Source of the DNA: Clostridia bacterium
Lineage (GTDB): Bacteria > Bacillota > Clostridia > Oscillospirales > Acutalibacteraceae
DNA: 64,000 nucleotides
Direction of reading: 5' to 3'
Assembly: GCA_017466365.1 (NCBI GenBank)
Contig: JAFTUG010000001.1
Span: 14,797 to 78,796, forward strand
Shown in pieces: positions 29,322 to 39,722 of this stretch. The first letter of the stretch is position 1, and each line of letters starts with the position of its first letter. The notes beneath the pieces were generated by a model. It ran no database searches and had not been told where the DNA came from. It was given only the letters and a program-made list of their open reading frames with translations. A program made the position numbers and the translations under genes.

Positions 29322-30368
29322 ATGAGAAAATTAAGAATTATAACGGCAGTTGTTCTTGCCGTAATAACCGTTTTCGGTTGTATGATTAACGCATGTGCAA
29401 TGCCTCTTGATAAAGGCATAGAAGAGCTTAAAAAACAGTTTGTTTTCGGCGAAGGTCCGAAAGCGGGAAAATATTCGGTTGATTATCGTTATTATTCACC
29501 CGTCAAAGAAAACGATACGCAAAAATATCCGCTTGTTATCTGGCTTCACGGTATGGGTGACGGCTCGTATGAAGGAGCACAGGTTGAAAAAAGCAATATT
29601 GCATTCTGGGCAAGCGATGAGTTTCAGGCCCGCTTCAAGCCATCGGGAGGCGCATTTATCCTTGCGGCACGTTCAAGAGAAGAAAACGATATCTCATGGG
29701 ATAATGAAATGATTGAGCCGTTAAGAGCTGCAATCGATGATTTTATTTTAAAAAACAAGGCAAACATTGATATATCAAGGATTTATGTAGGCGGATATTC
29801 TATGGGCGGAAAAATGACACTGAAAATGGCAATTGCTTATCCTGAAATGTTTGCCGCCGCTTTTCCCATTTGCCCTGCATGGTCTCCTTCAGATGAACTT
29901 ATATCAAAGCTTGCCGATATGCCCGTGTGGATAACTTCAAGCACAAGAGATCCGCTTGTTAACTATTATTTTGCGGTTTCTCCCACCTTTGAAGCTATCT
30001 CAAATGCATCGAACGTTGCCGAAGATTGCAGGCTTTCAACACTCACAAGAGTTTGTTATCACGACGGAAAGAAAACTTCAAGCAATCACCATGCATGGTT
30101 TGCCGTTAATTATGATATGTTTTCCCTGGAAAACGGAAAGTATCCCAATATGACAACAGTCAACGGCCTCGGAGAAGAAGTTACTCTTGATTATCCCGAC
30201 GGAATGATTTCATGGTTATCATCGCATACCTCTGATTATGACGGAATATCCATTGAAGGCACGGGTAATTTAACTCCCGATATGCAGACCGATAACCTTT
30301 TTGATATTGACGGAACAGGCGAGTTTTTCAAACTCCTTTTTAAGGCGATATTAAGCTTGTTCAAATAA
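29322..30368 (+). CDS. Secreted alpha/beta hydrolase (esterase or peptidase-like)
   Basis: Signal peptide, YPLVIWLHG, RIYVGGYSMGG, FAAAFPIC, D and H(AW); amphipathic C-terminal helix. Confidence 0.85.
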   Translation: MRKLRIITAVVLAVITVFGCMINACAMPLDKGIEELKKQFVFGEGPKAGKYSVDYRYYSPVKENDTQKYPLVIWLHGMGDGSYEGAQVEKSNIAFWASDEFQARFKPSGGAFILAARSREENDISWDNEMIEPLRAAIDDFILKNKANIDISRIYVGGYSMGGKMTLKMAIAYPEMFAAAFPICPAWSPSDELISKLADMPVWITSSTRDPLVNYYFAVSPTFEAISNASNVAEDCRLSTLTRVCYHDGKKTSSNHHAWFAVNYDMFSLENGKYPNMTTVNGLGEEVTLDYPDGMISWLSSHTSDYDGISIEGTGNLTPDMQTDNLFDIDGTGEFFKLLFKAILSLFK

Positions 30369-30377
30369 CAATACGAC

Positions 30378-30412
30378 GAACCCCGACAAAATCAAATGTC
30401 GGGGTTCATTTT
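30378..30412. terminator. Bidirectional terminator
   Basis: GAACCCCGACA..TGTCGGGGTTC. Confidence 0.75.
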
Positions 30413-30422
30413 ATATATTGTC

Positions 30423-32207
30423 CTATTTATCTTTTTTCTTTTTGATTATAATTGCTGCAACTGCGGAAATTGCGAGCGCCGCAAAAGCGGCAAGACCTGC
30501 CTTTGTTGAACCTGTTGAGGGTATTTGCGCGTTTGTATCGTTGCTGTTATCATCAATTTCCGACCATGTTGCCTCAAAGGTAAGACTTTTCTTGGGCATT
30601 TCATCGGGAATTTCGGGGGTCCAGCCTTTGAACTTATATCCGCTCTTTGTCGGGTTGGCGGGAACGGTTATTTTTTCGCCTGCTTCATGCTTGTAGGTTT
30701 TATAAATCGAACCGTCTACTTTATAAGTTACTGTATATGACTTTTTGATATTTGAAGCAACACCGATGATTGCAATGATTCCGCCGATAATTGAAATTCC
30801 GGTTATTGCTGCGCCTGCTATAGCGGCAACTATTCCGCCTGCAACAACCGTGCCTCCGATTACAAGAGTAATGAAATCCTTGTCAATTTCCCACTGTGCT
30901 TTGAATTCAAGGTCTTCCGAAGGCATTTTTTCGGGAACTTCGGGAGACCAGCCCTTAAATTTATGAGCAAACTTTTTGGGGTTTTCGGGAACGGGAATTT
31001 CTTCACCCTCCTGAACCTCATATGCTTCATATGTCTTGCCGTCTACGAGATAGGTAACATTGCCGTTTCGCAGCCATTTTGCCGTAAATTCAACATCGTT
31101 TGCGGGAACAGTTGAGTAGCTGTAAAGATTTTTGCCGTTTTTATCAAACCAACCTGCGAAAACATAACCTTCTTTTTCGGGATCGGAGGGAGCTGTTTTT
31201 GCAATATCCGAACCGTAAAGTGCGGTTTTTGCCGTGGTTGTACCGTCAACCGTATAGCTGATTGTGTAGCTGCGGATTTCCCATGAAGCATAAGCTTTCA
31301 AATCATTTGAAGGCATTGTTTCAGGTACGGGAACGGTCTTTCCGTCCTCTTCGCCGAGAATCCAACCTGCGAACTTAAAGCCTTCTTTTTCGGGATCTTT
31401 GGGATGTACTATTTTGCTTCCTGCAGCATATTTCTGTGCAGAACCGTACTGCTCATCTTCACCGAGATAATAGGTGATGCTGTATTCTGTTACCTCTTCT
31501 TCGCCTGAATCGGTATCTGTATCAGTATCCATCCAAACTGCATAAAGAGTTATTTCTGCGCCGTCTGTTTCTGAAAGATTTTTGACTTTTTCGGCAGGAG
31601 CATATGATTTTTCTCCGCCATCCTTGTTAATATTCCAGCCGACAAGCTTTTTGCCTTCAAATGAAACGGAATCAGCGGACGGAAGCGTTATTTCCGAATC
31701 GTATTCGGCAACAATATCCTCAATTTTACCCTCACCGCCGTTAAGGTCAAAAATAACCTTATAGCTGACGGGGGTGTATTCGAGATTTACTTCGTTGCCC
31801 TTATACCATGAACTGTCAATCGAATAGAAATCTTCGGTCTGTTTAATGTTTACTTTAGCGCCGTCTTTGTAGCCGTTAGGTGCTGCAGGCACGGTGTAGC
31901 TTTCATAGTAAACATTATCGCTTTTTTCACCTTCGGCGTTTTCTTCTTTGTAGCCGTCAAAAGAATTTTCGTCGTAGCCTTCGGAAGCTTTTTCGCTGTT
32001 TACAGTTACATAAAAGAGACCTTTTTCATCGCCTTTTACGATTTCATCTCCCTCGAATGCTGTAACATCGGTAAGCTCTCCTGTAAATGAGCCTTCGCTT
32101 ATGCCTATGGTTTGTTTCTCTGCCGCAAAGCCCGAAAGGGGCATTACCGACAGCAAGCAGGTTGCCGAAAGAACAACGGCAAGCATGCTTTTAAGTTTGT
32201 TTTTCAT
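30423..32207 (-). CDS. Sortase-anchored surface protein with InlB B-type repeats
   Basis: Signal peptide, repeated P.K.G[YF].F.GW units, C-terminal IPSTG + hydrophobic segment + KKKKDK, plus an internal hydrophobic segment. Confidence 0.85.
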   Translation of the reverse strand: MKNKLKSMLAVVLSATCLLSVMPLSGFAAEKQTIGISEGSFTGELTDVTAFEGDEIVKGDEKGLFYVTVNSEKASEGYDENSFDGYKEENAEGEKSDNVYYESYTVPAAPNGYKDGAKVNIKQTEDFYSIDSSWYKGNEVNLEYTPVSYKVIFDLNGGEGKIEDIVAEYDSEITLPSADSVSFEGKKLVGWNINKDGGEKSYAPAEKVKNLSETDGAEITLYAVWMDTDTDTDSGEEEVTEYSITYYLGEDEQYGSAQKYAAGSKIVHPKDPEKEGFKFAGWILGEEDGKTVPVPETMPSNDLKAYASWEIRSYTISYTVDGTTTAKTALYGSDIAKTAPSDPEKEGYVFAGWFDKNGKNLYSYSTVPANDVEFTAKWLRNGNVTYLVDGKTYEAYEVQEGEEIPVPENPKKFAHKFKGWSPEVPEKMPSEDLEFKAQWEIDKDFITLVIGGTVVAGGIVAAIAGAAITGISIIGGIIAIIGVASNIKKSYTVTYKVDGSIYKTYKHEAGEKITVPANPTKSGYKFKGWTPEIPDEMPKKSLTFEATWSEIDDNSNDTNAQIPSTGSTKAGLAAFAALAISAVAAIIIKKKKDK

Positions 32208-32421
32208 TTGTTTTCCTCCGTTATACGAAAATATATTTTTAAAGATACCTCCGTTTTGTCCCCGTATATTTTAAGTCCGCAAAGGCGGTTTTGTTTCCGC
32301 TTTAAAAAACAGAAAAAGTATCGGAGTTGTATCTTTAAATCCTGCACATTATACTTTGCAACGTGTGTTCAAGTCAATGCAAAACGGAGAATTACAAATA
32401 TTTACTAATTCCGCATAAGAA

Positions 32422-33054
32422 TTATTCCTTTTTCTTTTTAAAGGATATTTTGTTTTCTTTTCCGTTAAGCAAAAGTGCAAAGTTTGATAAATGCTTTATA
32501 ATTATAAGTGCTGAACAGCAGGCGGCAAAAATGAAATGAACTGTTTTGTTTTCGTCTGATAAAAAATAAGAAAGTAGGGGATAAATTGCGGCACATATTC
32601 CTGATGCCAGCGAAACGGTTTTTGATAAAACGGCAATAATCGCAAAAACAGCAAGAAGAATTGCGGCTGTAAAAGGCATAATCGCCATTGCTGCACCTGC
32701 TGCGGTTGCAACTCCTTTGCCGCCTTTAAATCTGAAGAAAATCGGAAAAATATGACCGAGCTGAACGAAAAATCCTGCTGCGGGAATGCAAAGATAATCA
32801 GCCGAAAAAGCAGCAACAAGAAATTTGGCAAAAAACACCGAAATCATTCCTTTTAAAAAATCAAAAAGGAAAACAGCCGCTCCTGCCTTTTTTCCGAAAA
32901 CACGCAAAGCATTTGTTGCTCCTGCATTACCGCTGCCTGAACTGCGGATATCCTTACCGAAAAATATTTTTGAAATTATTATTGCGGAGTTTATGCTGCC
33001 GATAAGGTAAGGAACAGCTGCGCTTAATATAATAAAAAACATAATATCACCCAT
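32422..33054 (-). CDS. plsY: Glycerol-3-phosphate acyltransferase PlsY
   Basis: YLIGSIN, DIRSSGSGNAGATN, DFLKG and GHIFPIF..FKGGKGVAT. Confidence 0.93.
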   Translation of the reverse strand: MGDIMFFIILSAAVPYLIGSINSAIIISKIFFGKDIRSSGSGNAGATNALRVFGKKAGAAVFLFDFLKGMISVFFAKFLVAAFSADYLCIPAAGFFVQLGHIFPIFFRFKGGKGVATAAGAAMAIMPFTAAILLAVFAIIAVLSKTVSLASGICAAIYPLLSYFLSDENKTVHFIFAACCSALIIIKHLSNFALLLNGKENKISFKKKKE

Positions 33055-33189
33055 GGATATTATATCCTTTTTGTTAACCGCTAATCGGTATGATTAATAT
33101 ATCATTAAAATATAGATAGCTTTTTTTGAATTTGTAAAATTCGTTTGAAGCTTTTGTGTACTGTCGGTTAAACAAATGTGAATACAGAA

Positions 33190-33219
33190 AAAGAAGGTGT
33201 GCCGAAACACACCTTCTTT
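33190..33219 (-). terminator. Terminator after the GH95-HAD operon
   Basis: AAGAAGGTGTG-CCGAAA-CACACCTTCTT. Confidence 0.75.
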
Positions 33220-33222
33220 AAA

Positions 33223-33822
33223 CTATTTATTAACCTTGTTTCTTATTTCTTCAATGCTCATTTCGGTAAGAACACCCTTTTGAGCATGAAAGCATTTTTT
33301 TCCAAGCTCAAAAATATGAATGTCATTCTTGAGTGAATCGGAATAAACATTAATGAATTTTGCATCGGGAAGCTTTTCTGCAAGCCTTATCGGCTTTTGT
33401 TTATCCTTACAGTTTAACCCGATGATTTCGCCCGTTTTCGGATTCATTTTTGTTGCAATCATAACATCAACCTTGTATTCCTCACAAATCGGCTTTAAAA
33501 AGAATTCCGGTGATGCGGAGCATACAACAATCGGTCTTTCACGGTTTTCTGGGTTGAAAATCGGATAAATTCTTTTCTTTTGATTATGCCAGAATTTTAC
33601 CGCCATTTTCTCGCCGTCTGTAAATCGAAGAAAAGAAAAGCATTTTCCTTTGTATTTATCTCCGAAGCCGAGAAAGAACAAAATCAGGTTGAATAATAAC
33701 CACGGTGCAAGCAGTATCAGATAAGGTCTGTGAAGCATGCAGTAGAAGAGAAACACAGTTTCCGAATCCTGCGGATAAACCGTTTTGTCAAAATCGTAAA
33801 GGTCAAATTCGTTGTTATGCAT
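33223..33822 (-). CDS. HAD-superfamily (IB-like) phosphatase
   Basis: YDFDKT, CSASPE, K and YSDS..D motifs. Confidence 0.85.
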   Translation of the reverse strand: MHNNEFDLYDFDKTVYPQDSETVFLFYCMLHRPYLILLAPWLLFNLILFFLGFGDKYKGKCFSFLRFTDGEKMAVKFWHNQKKRIYPIFNPENRERPIVVCSASPEFFLKPICEEYKVDVMIATKMNPKTGEIIGLNCKDKQKPIRLAEKLPDAKFINVYSDSLKNDIHIFELGKKCFHAQKGVLTEMSIEEIRNKVNK

Positions 33823-36103
33823 TGAAGTTTACCTTTTTGCCGTCAAGCTCAATCTCGGTTGCTTTACCGTTAACAATAACATTGAACTTACCGCTGCCTT
33901 CAAGGCTGTAGCTTGCGAGCTTGCCGTTCTTCCATTCGATATCAACAATAACTCCGCCCTTTGCAAGCAGACCGCTTACCTTGCCGTTTTTCCACTTTGA
34001 GGGAAGAGCAGGAAGAATGTAAATCTTGCCGTTATAGCTCTGCATGAGCATTTCGGTGATACCGCTTACAAATCCGAAGTTGCCGTCAATCTGGAAGGGG
34101 GGATGAGCATCGAAAAGGTTTTCGTATGTACCGCCGCCCTTGGTATAGTTGACGCCAATGCTCTTTACGGGACGAAGCTGAAGCTCAATGAGCTTGAGAG
34201 CATGATCGCCGTCCATAAGTCTTGCCCAGAAATTGATTTTCCAGCCGAGGCTCCAGCCTGTGCCGTTATCGCCTCTGCGTTCAAGAGTTCTGCGGCATGC
34301 CTTTGCAAGCTCGGGAGTTTCGTCAACCGTGATAAGGCGTGCAGGATGAAGCGCATAAAGATGCGAAACATGTCTGTGATGAGGTTCAGATTCGGGATAA
34401 TCGTCATCATATTCAAGAAGCTGACCGTCGCTGCCGATTTTAAAGTCTGCCATCTTTGAAACGGTTTCCTTAAGCTCTGCCGCAAAATCGCTGTCAATGC
34501 CGAGAATTTCACAGGACTTGATGCAGTTGAGGAAAAGCTCCTTTGCGATTGACATGGACATTGTTGAATATTTACCGACATTGCAGGTTTCTTTTTCATA
34601 AACAAAGCCGTTTTCGGGGGATGTTCCGGGAGCAAGAACAAGCTTGCCTTCATATTCGGTCATAATGTCAAGATAGAATTCCGCAGCCTTTTTCATAACG
34701 GGATATGCGGTGTTTCTTAAATAGTCAACATCGTTTGTATATTCATAATGGTCAAAAAGATGCTCGCAGAGCCATCCTGATGAGCCGTGCCAGAAAGCCC
34801 AGCATGCATTGCCTGCAACGGGAGTTGCAAGTCTCCAGATGTCAACGTTATGATGAGACGTCCAGCCCTTTGCACCGTACTGACCTTTAGCTGCTTTCTC
34901 ACCGCTTACACTTAATTCCTTTACCATCTCGATAAGGGGAAGATTTACTTCGGGCATGCGGCACATAAGTACGGGCCAGTAGTTCATTTCCGTGTTGATA
35001 TTAACGGTATAGTTTGAATGCCAGGGTGGAGTGAGTCTGTCGTTCCAGATACCCTGAAGAGTTGAAGCCTGTGAGCCTGCTCTTGAGCATGAAATTGCAA
35101 GATATCTGCCGTAGTTATAAACAAGGGTAATGAGCGACATATCGCTCTTGTCTCTCTTGTAAAGAACAAGGCGTTTGTTGGTGGGAACGTCTTCTTTTCC
35201 CTCGCCGAGGTCAAGAGTTACTCTGTCGTAAAGCTCTTTATAATCAGCAATATGAGCATTCTTTTCAGCTTCATAATCGTTAATTGCATTGATTCTGTCC
35301 ATGCAGGGCTTTACGTATTCCTTACCTTCGAGGTACGGATGCTTGTCAAAACCGTTGAAGCTTGTTTCGGTTGTAAAGAAAAGAACTGCATATGTTGCAT
35401 CGGCAACGGAGATACGGTTTTCAACAGCCTTTGTTGTACCGTCTGTGATAATCTTGACGGCAGACCTGAAACGGATGCCTCTCATTTCGGGTTCATCATA
35501 ATAATGCTTGTTGCTTGATTCACCGCCGACGTTGTTTTCACCGTGGCATTCACCGTCAAGAATAATCATGTTTCCGTCAACAAAGCTGTTGCTCTTGAGC
35601 TTTGAAACAAGACCGAAGGTGAAGCTGACCTTATCGCTGAAAGTATATTTTGCACAAATAACCTTTGCAGGATACGATGCAAAATATTCTCTTTCGTGCT
35701 TAATGCCCGACTTTGTGTAGCTGACTGTTGAAACAGCATTCTCAAGGTCAAGAGTGCGCTTGTAATCCTTTGCTCTTGTGCATTTTCCGAATTCTATTTC
35801 AAGGTTGCCCAAAGGCATGTATGCCTGACTCCAGGTGCTCTGGAAATTATTTTCTATTTCATCCTGTGCTTCATGAAGCTTCCCTTCAAGAGCAAGCTTC
35901 TGTGCTTTTTTGAAGGATTCGGGAGCGCCTTCTTTGACGGTGTTTTTCGGCTTGCCTGTCCAAAGCTCATCGTGGTTGAGAGCGAGAACTTCTTTGTCGA
36001 CTGAACCGTAAATCATTGCACCCAGAGTGCCGTTTCCGATGGGAAGGCACTGTGTCCATGCTTTAGCAGGGGAGTTGTACCATAATAATGTTCCGTTTGA
36101 CAT
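33815..36103 (-). CDS. GH95 alpha-L-fucosidase-like glycoside hydrolase
   Basis: [39 protein letters not shown] and [13 protein letters not shown]. Confidence 0.93.
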   Translation of the reverse strand: MSNGTLLWYNSPAKAWTQCLPIGNGTLGAMIYGSVDKEVLALNHDELWTGKPKNTVKEGAPESFKKAQKLALEGKLHEAQDEIENNFQSTWSQAYMPLGNLEIEFGKCTRAKDYKRTLDLENAVSTVSYTKSGIKHEREYFASYPAKVICAKYTFSDKVSFTFGLVSKLKSNSFVDGNMIILDGECHGENNVGGESSNKHYYDEPEMRGIRFRSAVKIITDGTTKAVENRISVADATYAVLFFTTETSFNGFDKHPYLEGKEYVKPCMDRINAINDYEAEKNAHIADYKELYDRVTLDLGEGKEDVPTNKRLVLYKRDKSDMSLITLVYNYGRYLAISCSRAGSQASTLQGIWNDRLTPPWHSNYTVNINTEMNYWPVLMCRMPEVNLPLIEMVKELSVSGEKAAKGQYGAKGWTSHHNVDIWRLATPVAGNACWAFWHGSSGWLCEHLFDHYEYTNDVDYLRNTAYPVMKKAAEFYLDIMTEYEGKLVLAPGTSPENGFVYEKETCNVGKYSTMSMSIAKELFLNCIKSCEILGIDSDFAAELKETVSKMADFKIGSDGQLLEYDDDYPESEPHHRHVSHLYALHPARLITVDETPELAKACRRTLERRGDNGTGWSLGWKINFWARLMDGDHALKLIELQLRPVKSIGVNYTKGGGTYENLFDAHPPFQIDGNFGFVSGITEMLMQSYNGKIYILPALPSKWKNGKVSGLLAKGGVIVDIEWKNGKLASYSLEGSGKFNVIVNGKATEIELDGKKVNFNA

Positions 36104-36273
36104 AATATATCTCCTTTGGAAGATTTTTAAATAAATTTAACTAATTATACATCATATAATACGTTCAGTCAATCGCAAAAAAATGAAAGAAATCCTGCAA
36201 AACATAAAAATTAACTTGCATTTTAATCTGCGATAGTGTAAAATTTATTCTATCTGAAACGTGAGGTAATGTT

Positions 36274-37146
36274 ATGTCGGAAAACTTCAAGCTTCGCATA
36301 GAAAATGTATATCCGACCCTTTCAAAGGGACATAAAAAAATTGCGGATTTTATCAAATCCAATTATGAAAAGGCTTCGTTTATGACTGCCGCAAGTCTCG
36401 GAAAAGCGGTTGGCGTGAGCGAATCAACAGTTGTTCGCTTTGCGTCAAATATCGGCTTCGATGGTTATCCCGAGCTGCAAAAATATTTGCAGGAGGCGGT
36501 AAAAAGCCATCTTACAAGCGTTCAGCGAATGGATGTTGCCGCAAGCAGATACGGCAGCGATGATTTTATTGACAGAGCTTTTATGACCGATATTGAGATG
36601 ATAAAGCAGACAAGGGACAGCATTTCCCGAGAAGCTTTTTCAAAGAGTGCGGAAGCAATAAATAAAGCAAAAAAAATATATATTCTCGGAGTAAGAAGCT
36701 CTGCGGCGCTTGCAAGCTTTGCGGCTTTTTATTTGAGATTTCTTTATGAAAACGTTGTTCTTATCGATACCTCTGCGTCAAGTGAGCTTTTTGAGCATAT
36801 GTTCCGCATAAGCAGCGAGGATGTTTGTATTGCAATCAGCTTTCCGAGATATTCAAATCAGACCGTTAAAGCACTCTCTTTTGCGAAAAGCAGGGGAGCA
36901 ACAATTATTTCCATAACCGACGGTGAGATGTCGCCCATTGCAGCTTATGCAACGCATCTTCTTGTTGCAAAAAGCAGTATGGTTTCGTTCGTTGACTCGC
37001 TTGTTGCACCGTTAAGTGTTATAAATGCGCTTGTAGCCGCAAGTGCGAGAGAAAAACGGGATGATGTTTATAACGATTTCAGGGCGCTTGAAGAAATTTG
37101 GGATGAATACCATGTTTACAGAACGGGCGGGGAGGAAAAAAGATGA
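36274..37146 (+). CDS. MurR/RpiR family transcriptional regulator
   Basis: HTH GVSESTVVRFA..GFDGYPE followed by a SIS domain (ISFPRYS, ISITD). Confidence 0.93.
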   Translation: MSENFKLRIENVYPTLSKGHKKIADFIKSNYEKASFMTAASLGKAVGVSESTVVRFASNIGFDGYPELQKYLQEAVKSHLTSVQRMDVAASRYGSDDFIDRAFMTDIEMIKQTRDSISREAFSKSAEAINKAKKIYILGVRSSAALASFAAFYLRFLYENVVLIDTSASSELFEHMFRISSEDVCIAISFPRYSNQTVKALSFAKSRGATIISITDGEMSPIAAYATHLLVAKSSMVSFVDSLVAPLSVINALVAASAREKRDDVYNDFRALEEIWDEYHVYRTGGEEKR

Positions 37147-38411
37147 GAACCACTCTGCTTGTTATAGGAGGCGGTGCGGCAGGTCTTATGGCTGCAGGAA
37201 CTTCCTCACATATGAATGCCGAAACAATCGTTCTTGAACGCAACGAGCGGCCTGCAAGAAAGCTTGTGATTACGGGAAAGGGCAGGTGCAATGTTACAAA
37301 TAACTGCACTTCCCTTCAGGAGCTTATTTCAAATGTTCCCCGAAACGGCAGATTTCTTTACGGTGCATTTTCAAGATTTATGCCTGCCGATGTGATTGAG
37401 TTTTTTGAAGGCAGGGGAGTTGAGCTTAAAACCGAAAGGGGAAACAGAGTTTTTCCCGTATCGGATAATGCGGTTGATATAGTTGATTCTCTTGTCGGAT
37501 ATGCAAGAGAAAGGGCAAGGTTTTTAAACGGCAGAGCAACAAAGCTTATTGTTGAAGATGGTGCGGTCAAAGGCGTTGAAACCGAAGACGGAGAAGTGAT
37601 TTATGCCGATAAAATAATAATTGCTACGGGAGGACTTTCTTATCCCGGTACGGGTTCGACGGGTGACGGCTATGAGCTTGCAAGACAAGCCGGACATAAG
37701 ATAACAGAGCTTGTACCTTCGCTTGTACCTCTTGAAATCCATGAAGGATTCTGCTCGGATTTGATGGGGCTTTCCCTTCGCAATACTGCGATAAAGGTTG
37801 TTGATACCGAAAACGGAAAAACAATTTATACGGATTTCGGTGAGATGCTTTTCACTCATTTCGGTGTTTCGGGCCCCATGATTTTGAGTGCATCGGCACA
37901 CATGAGAAGCATGAAAAGCGGCAAATATAAAATCCTTATCGATTTGAAACCCGCTTTGACATACGAACAGCTTGATGCAAGAATTCTCCGTGATTTTTCG
38001 GAGAACACAAATAAGAATTTTATCAATGCACTGAATTCTCTTTTGCCCAAAAAGCTTGTTCCTGTTATTGTAAAACTCGGCGGAATAAACCTTTCGACAA
38101 AGGTTAACCAGATAAAAAAAGAGCAGAGAAAAACGCTTGTCGAGCTTCTTAAGGGCTTGAGCATAACAGTAACAGGCTTCAGACCCGTTGCAGAGGCAAT
38201 TATCACTTCGGGCGGAGTTGATATTTCGCAGATAAATCCTAAAACAATGGAGTCAAAGCTTGTCAAAGGTCTCTATTTTGCGGGAGAAGTGATTGATACC
38301 GATGCCTATACGGGCGGCTTTAATTTACAGATAGCATTTTCCACGGGCAGACTTGCAGGAATAAGCGCTGCCGAAGAAATAATAAATGAACGGAGATATG
38401 ATTATGAGTAA
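37143..38411 (+). CDS. HI0933/BaiN family flavoprotein
   Basis: GGGAAG, ITGKGRCNVTN, ATGGLSYP..GSTGDG and DAYTGGFNLQ. Confidence 0.92.
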   Translation: MRTTLLVIGGGAAGLMAAGTSSHMNAETIVLERNERPARKLVITGKGRCNVTNNCTSLQELISNVPRNGRFLYGAFSRFMPADVIEFFEGRGVELKTERGNRVFPVSDNAVDIVDSLVGYARERARFLNGRATKLIVEDGAVKGVETEDGEVIYADKIIIATGGLSYPGTGSTGDGYELARQAGHKITELVPSLVPLEIHEGFCSDLMGLSLRNTAIKVVDTENGKTIYTDFGEMLFTHFGVSGPMILSASAHMRSMKSGKYKILIDLKPALTYEQLDARILRDFSENTNKNFINALNSLLPKKLVPVIVKLGGINLSTKVNQIKKEQRKTLVELLKGLSITVTGFRPVAEAIITSGGVDISQINPKTMESKLVKGLYFAGEVIDTDAYTGGFNLQIAFSTGRLAGISAAEEIINERRYDYE

Positions 38412-39078
38412 TAACATTATCAATGTTGCAATAGACGGTCCCGCAGGTGCGGGAAAAAGCACGGTTTCCCGTGCGGCGGCGAAGGCTGTAGGATATATTT
38501 ATGTTGATACGGGTGCGCTTTACAGAGCTGTGGGGGTTAATGCTTTAAGAAAAGGCATTGATACCAAGGACAAGCTTTCTGTAGCTGCAACTCTTTCCGA
38601 AATCAGCGTTGATCTTGTTTTTGAAAATGGAGAGCAGAAGGTGCTTCTCAACGGTGAGGATGTTTCCTTTGAAATCAGAACTCCTCCCGCATCAATGGCA
38701 GCATCCGATGTATCGGCTGTCCCAGAGGTGAGAGCTTTTCTTTTTGATTTGCAGAGAGATATTGCGGCGAGAAATAACTGTATAATGGACGGTAGGGATA
38801 TCGGAACGGTTGTTCTTCCTGATGCAAAGGTAAAAATCTTCCTCACTGCTTCACCCGAAGAGCGTGCAATGAGAAGGTATAAGGAGCTTATTGAAAAGGG
38901 CAGCAAGGTTGAGTATAAAGAAGTGCTTGAAGATTTGATTCAAAGGGATTATAATGATTCGCACAGAGAAATTGCTCCGTTAAAACCTGCACAGGACGGT
39001 GTTATTCTTGACACAACAGGGCTCAATCTTGAGCAATCCGTAAACGAAATTATCAGAATTATTAAGGAGAAGATATAA
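38404..39078 (+). CDS. cmk: Cytidylate kinase
   Basis: IDGPAGAGKST, DTGALYR and DGRDIGTVVLP. Confidence 0.96.
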   Translation: MSNNIINVAIDGPAGAGKSTVSRAAAKAVGYIYVDTGALYRAVGVNALRKGIDTKDKLSVAATLSEISVDLVFENGEQKVLLNGEDVSFEIRTPPASMAASDVSAVPEVRAFLFDLQRDIAARNNCIMDGRDIGTVVLPDAKVKIFLTASPEERAMRRYKELIEKGSKVEYKEVLEDLIQRDYNDSHREIAPLKPAQDGVILDTTGLNLEQSVNEIIRIIKEKI

Positions 39079-39722
39079 TGAAGGGTTTCGATTATTCTGT
39101 AGAAATCAAAGACAGCAAAACCTATGAAAAATTAAGACCTGTAGGAAAAGCTCTTGAAAACATGCTCTATAAAGTTGAATATGTCGGCACTGAAAACATT
39201 CCCGAGGAGGGCGGCTTTATACTTGCATCCAATCATATCAATGCACTTGACCCTGTTGCTATCGGACTTGGCATAGAAAAAAGACAGCTTCATTTTATGG
39301 GCAAAAAAGAGCTTTTTGAAAATCCTGTTGCAAAGTATTTTCTTACAAAGCTCAACGGTTTTCCCATTGTAAGAGGCTCTGCCGATACTGCAGCTCTTGA
39401 CTATGCAATCAGAGTTGTGAAGGAAGGAAATATTCTCGGAATTTTCCCCGAAGGTACTCGTTCAAAGGATTATAAGCCTGCAAGAGCAAAGAGTGGTGTT
39501 GCTATGATTGCTCATCAGGCGAAAGCGCCTGTTCTTCCCGTTTCGATTTATACTGCCGATAATCTCAAAAAACATACAAAGGTTACGGTTAGATTCGGTG
39601 AATTGATTCCTTATGAAAAGCTCGGAATGAGCGAGGATGCTTCAAGAGAAGAGATCAAGGAATGCGCAAAAATGGTTATGGGTGAAATTGTAAAGCTTTG
39701 GGAGATGGGACATTGCGAATAA
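39078..39722 (+). CDS. plsC: 1-acyl-sn-glycerol-3-phosphate acyltransferase
   Basis: SNHINALD and IFPEGTRS. Confidence 0.9.
   Translation: MKGFDYSVEIKDSKTYEKLRPVGKALENMLYKVEYVGTENIPEEGGFILASNHINALDPVAIGLGIEKRQLHFMGKKELFENPVAKYFLTKLNGFPIVRGSADTAALDYAIRVVKEGNILGIFPEGTRSKDYKPARAKSGVAMIAHQAKAPVLPVSIYTADNLKKHTKVTVRFGELIPYEKLGMSEDASREEIKECAKMVMGEIVKLWEMGHCE

Noticed and set aside
32271-32300. Third copy of the ECF promoter upstream of the IPSTG protein (minus strand GGAAAC..GGACTTA)
   Set aside because: The spacing and the -10 element do not match AAAC-N17-CGTC. It could belong to a different sigma but this is unsupported.
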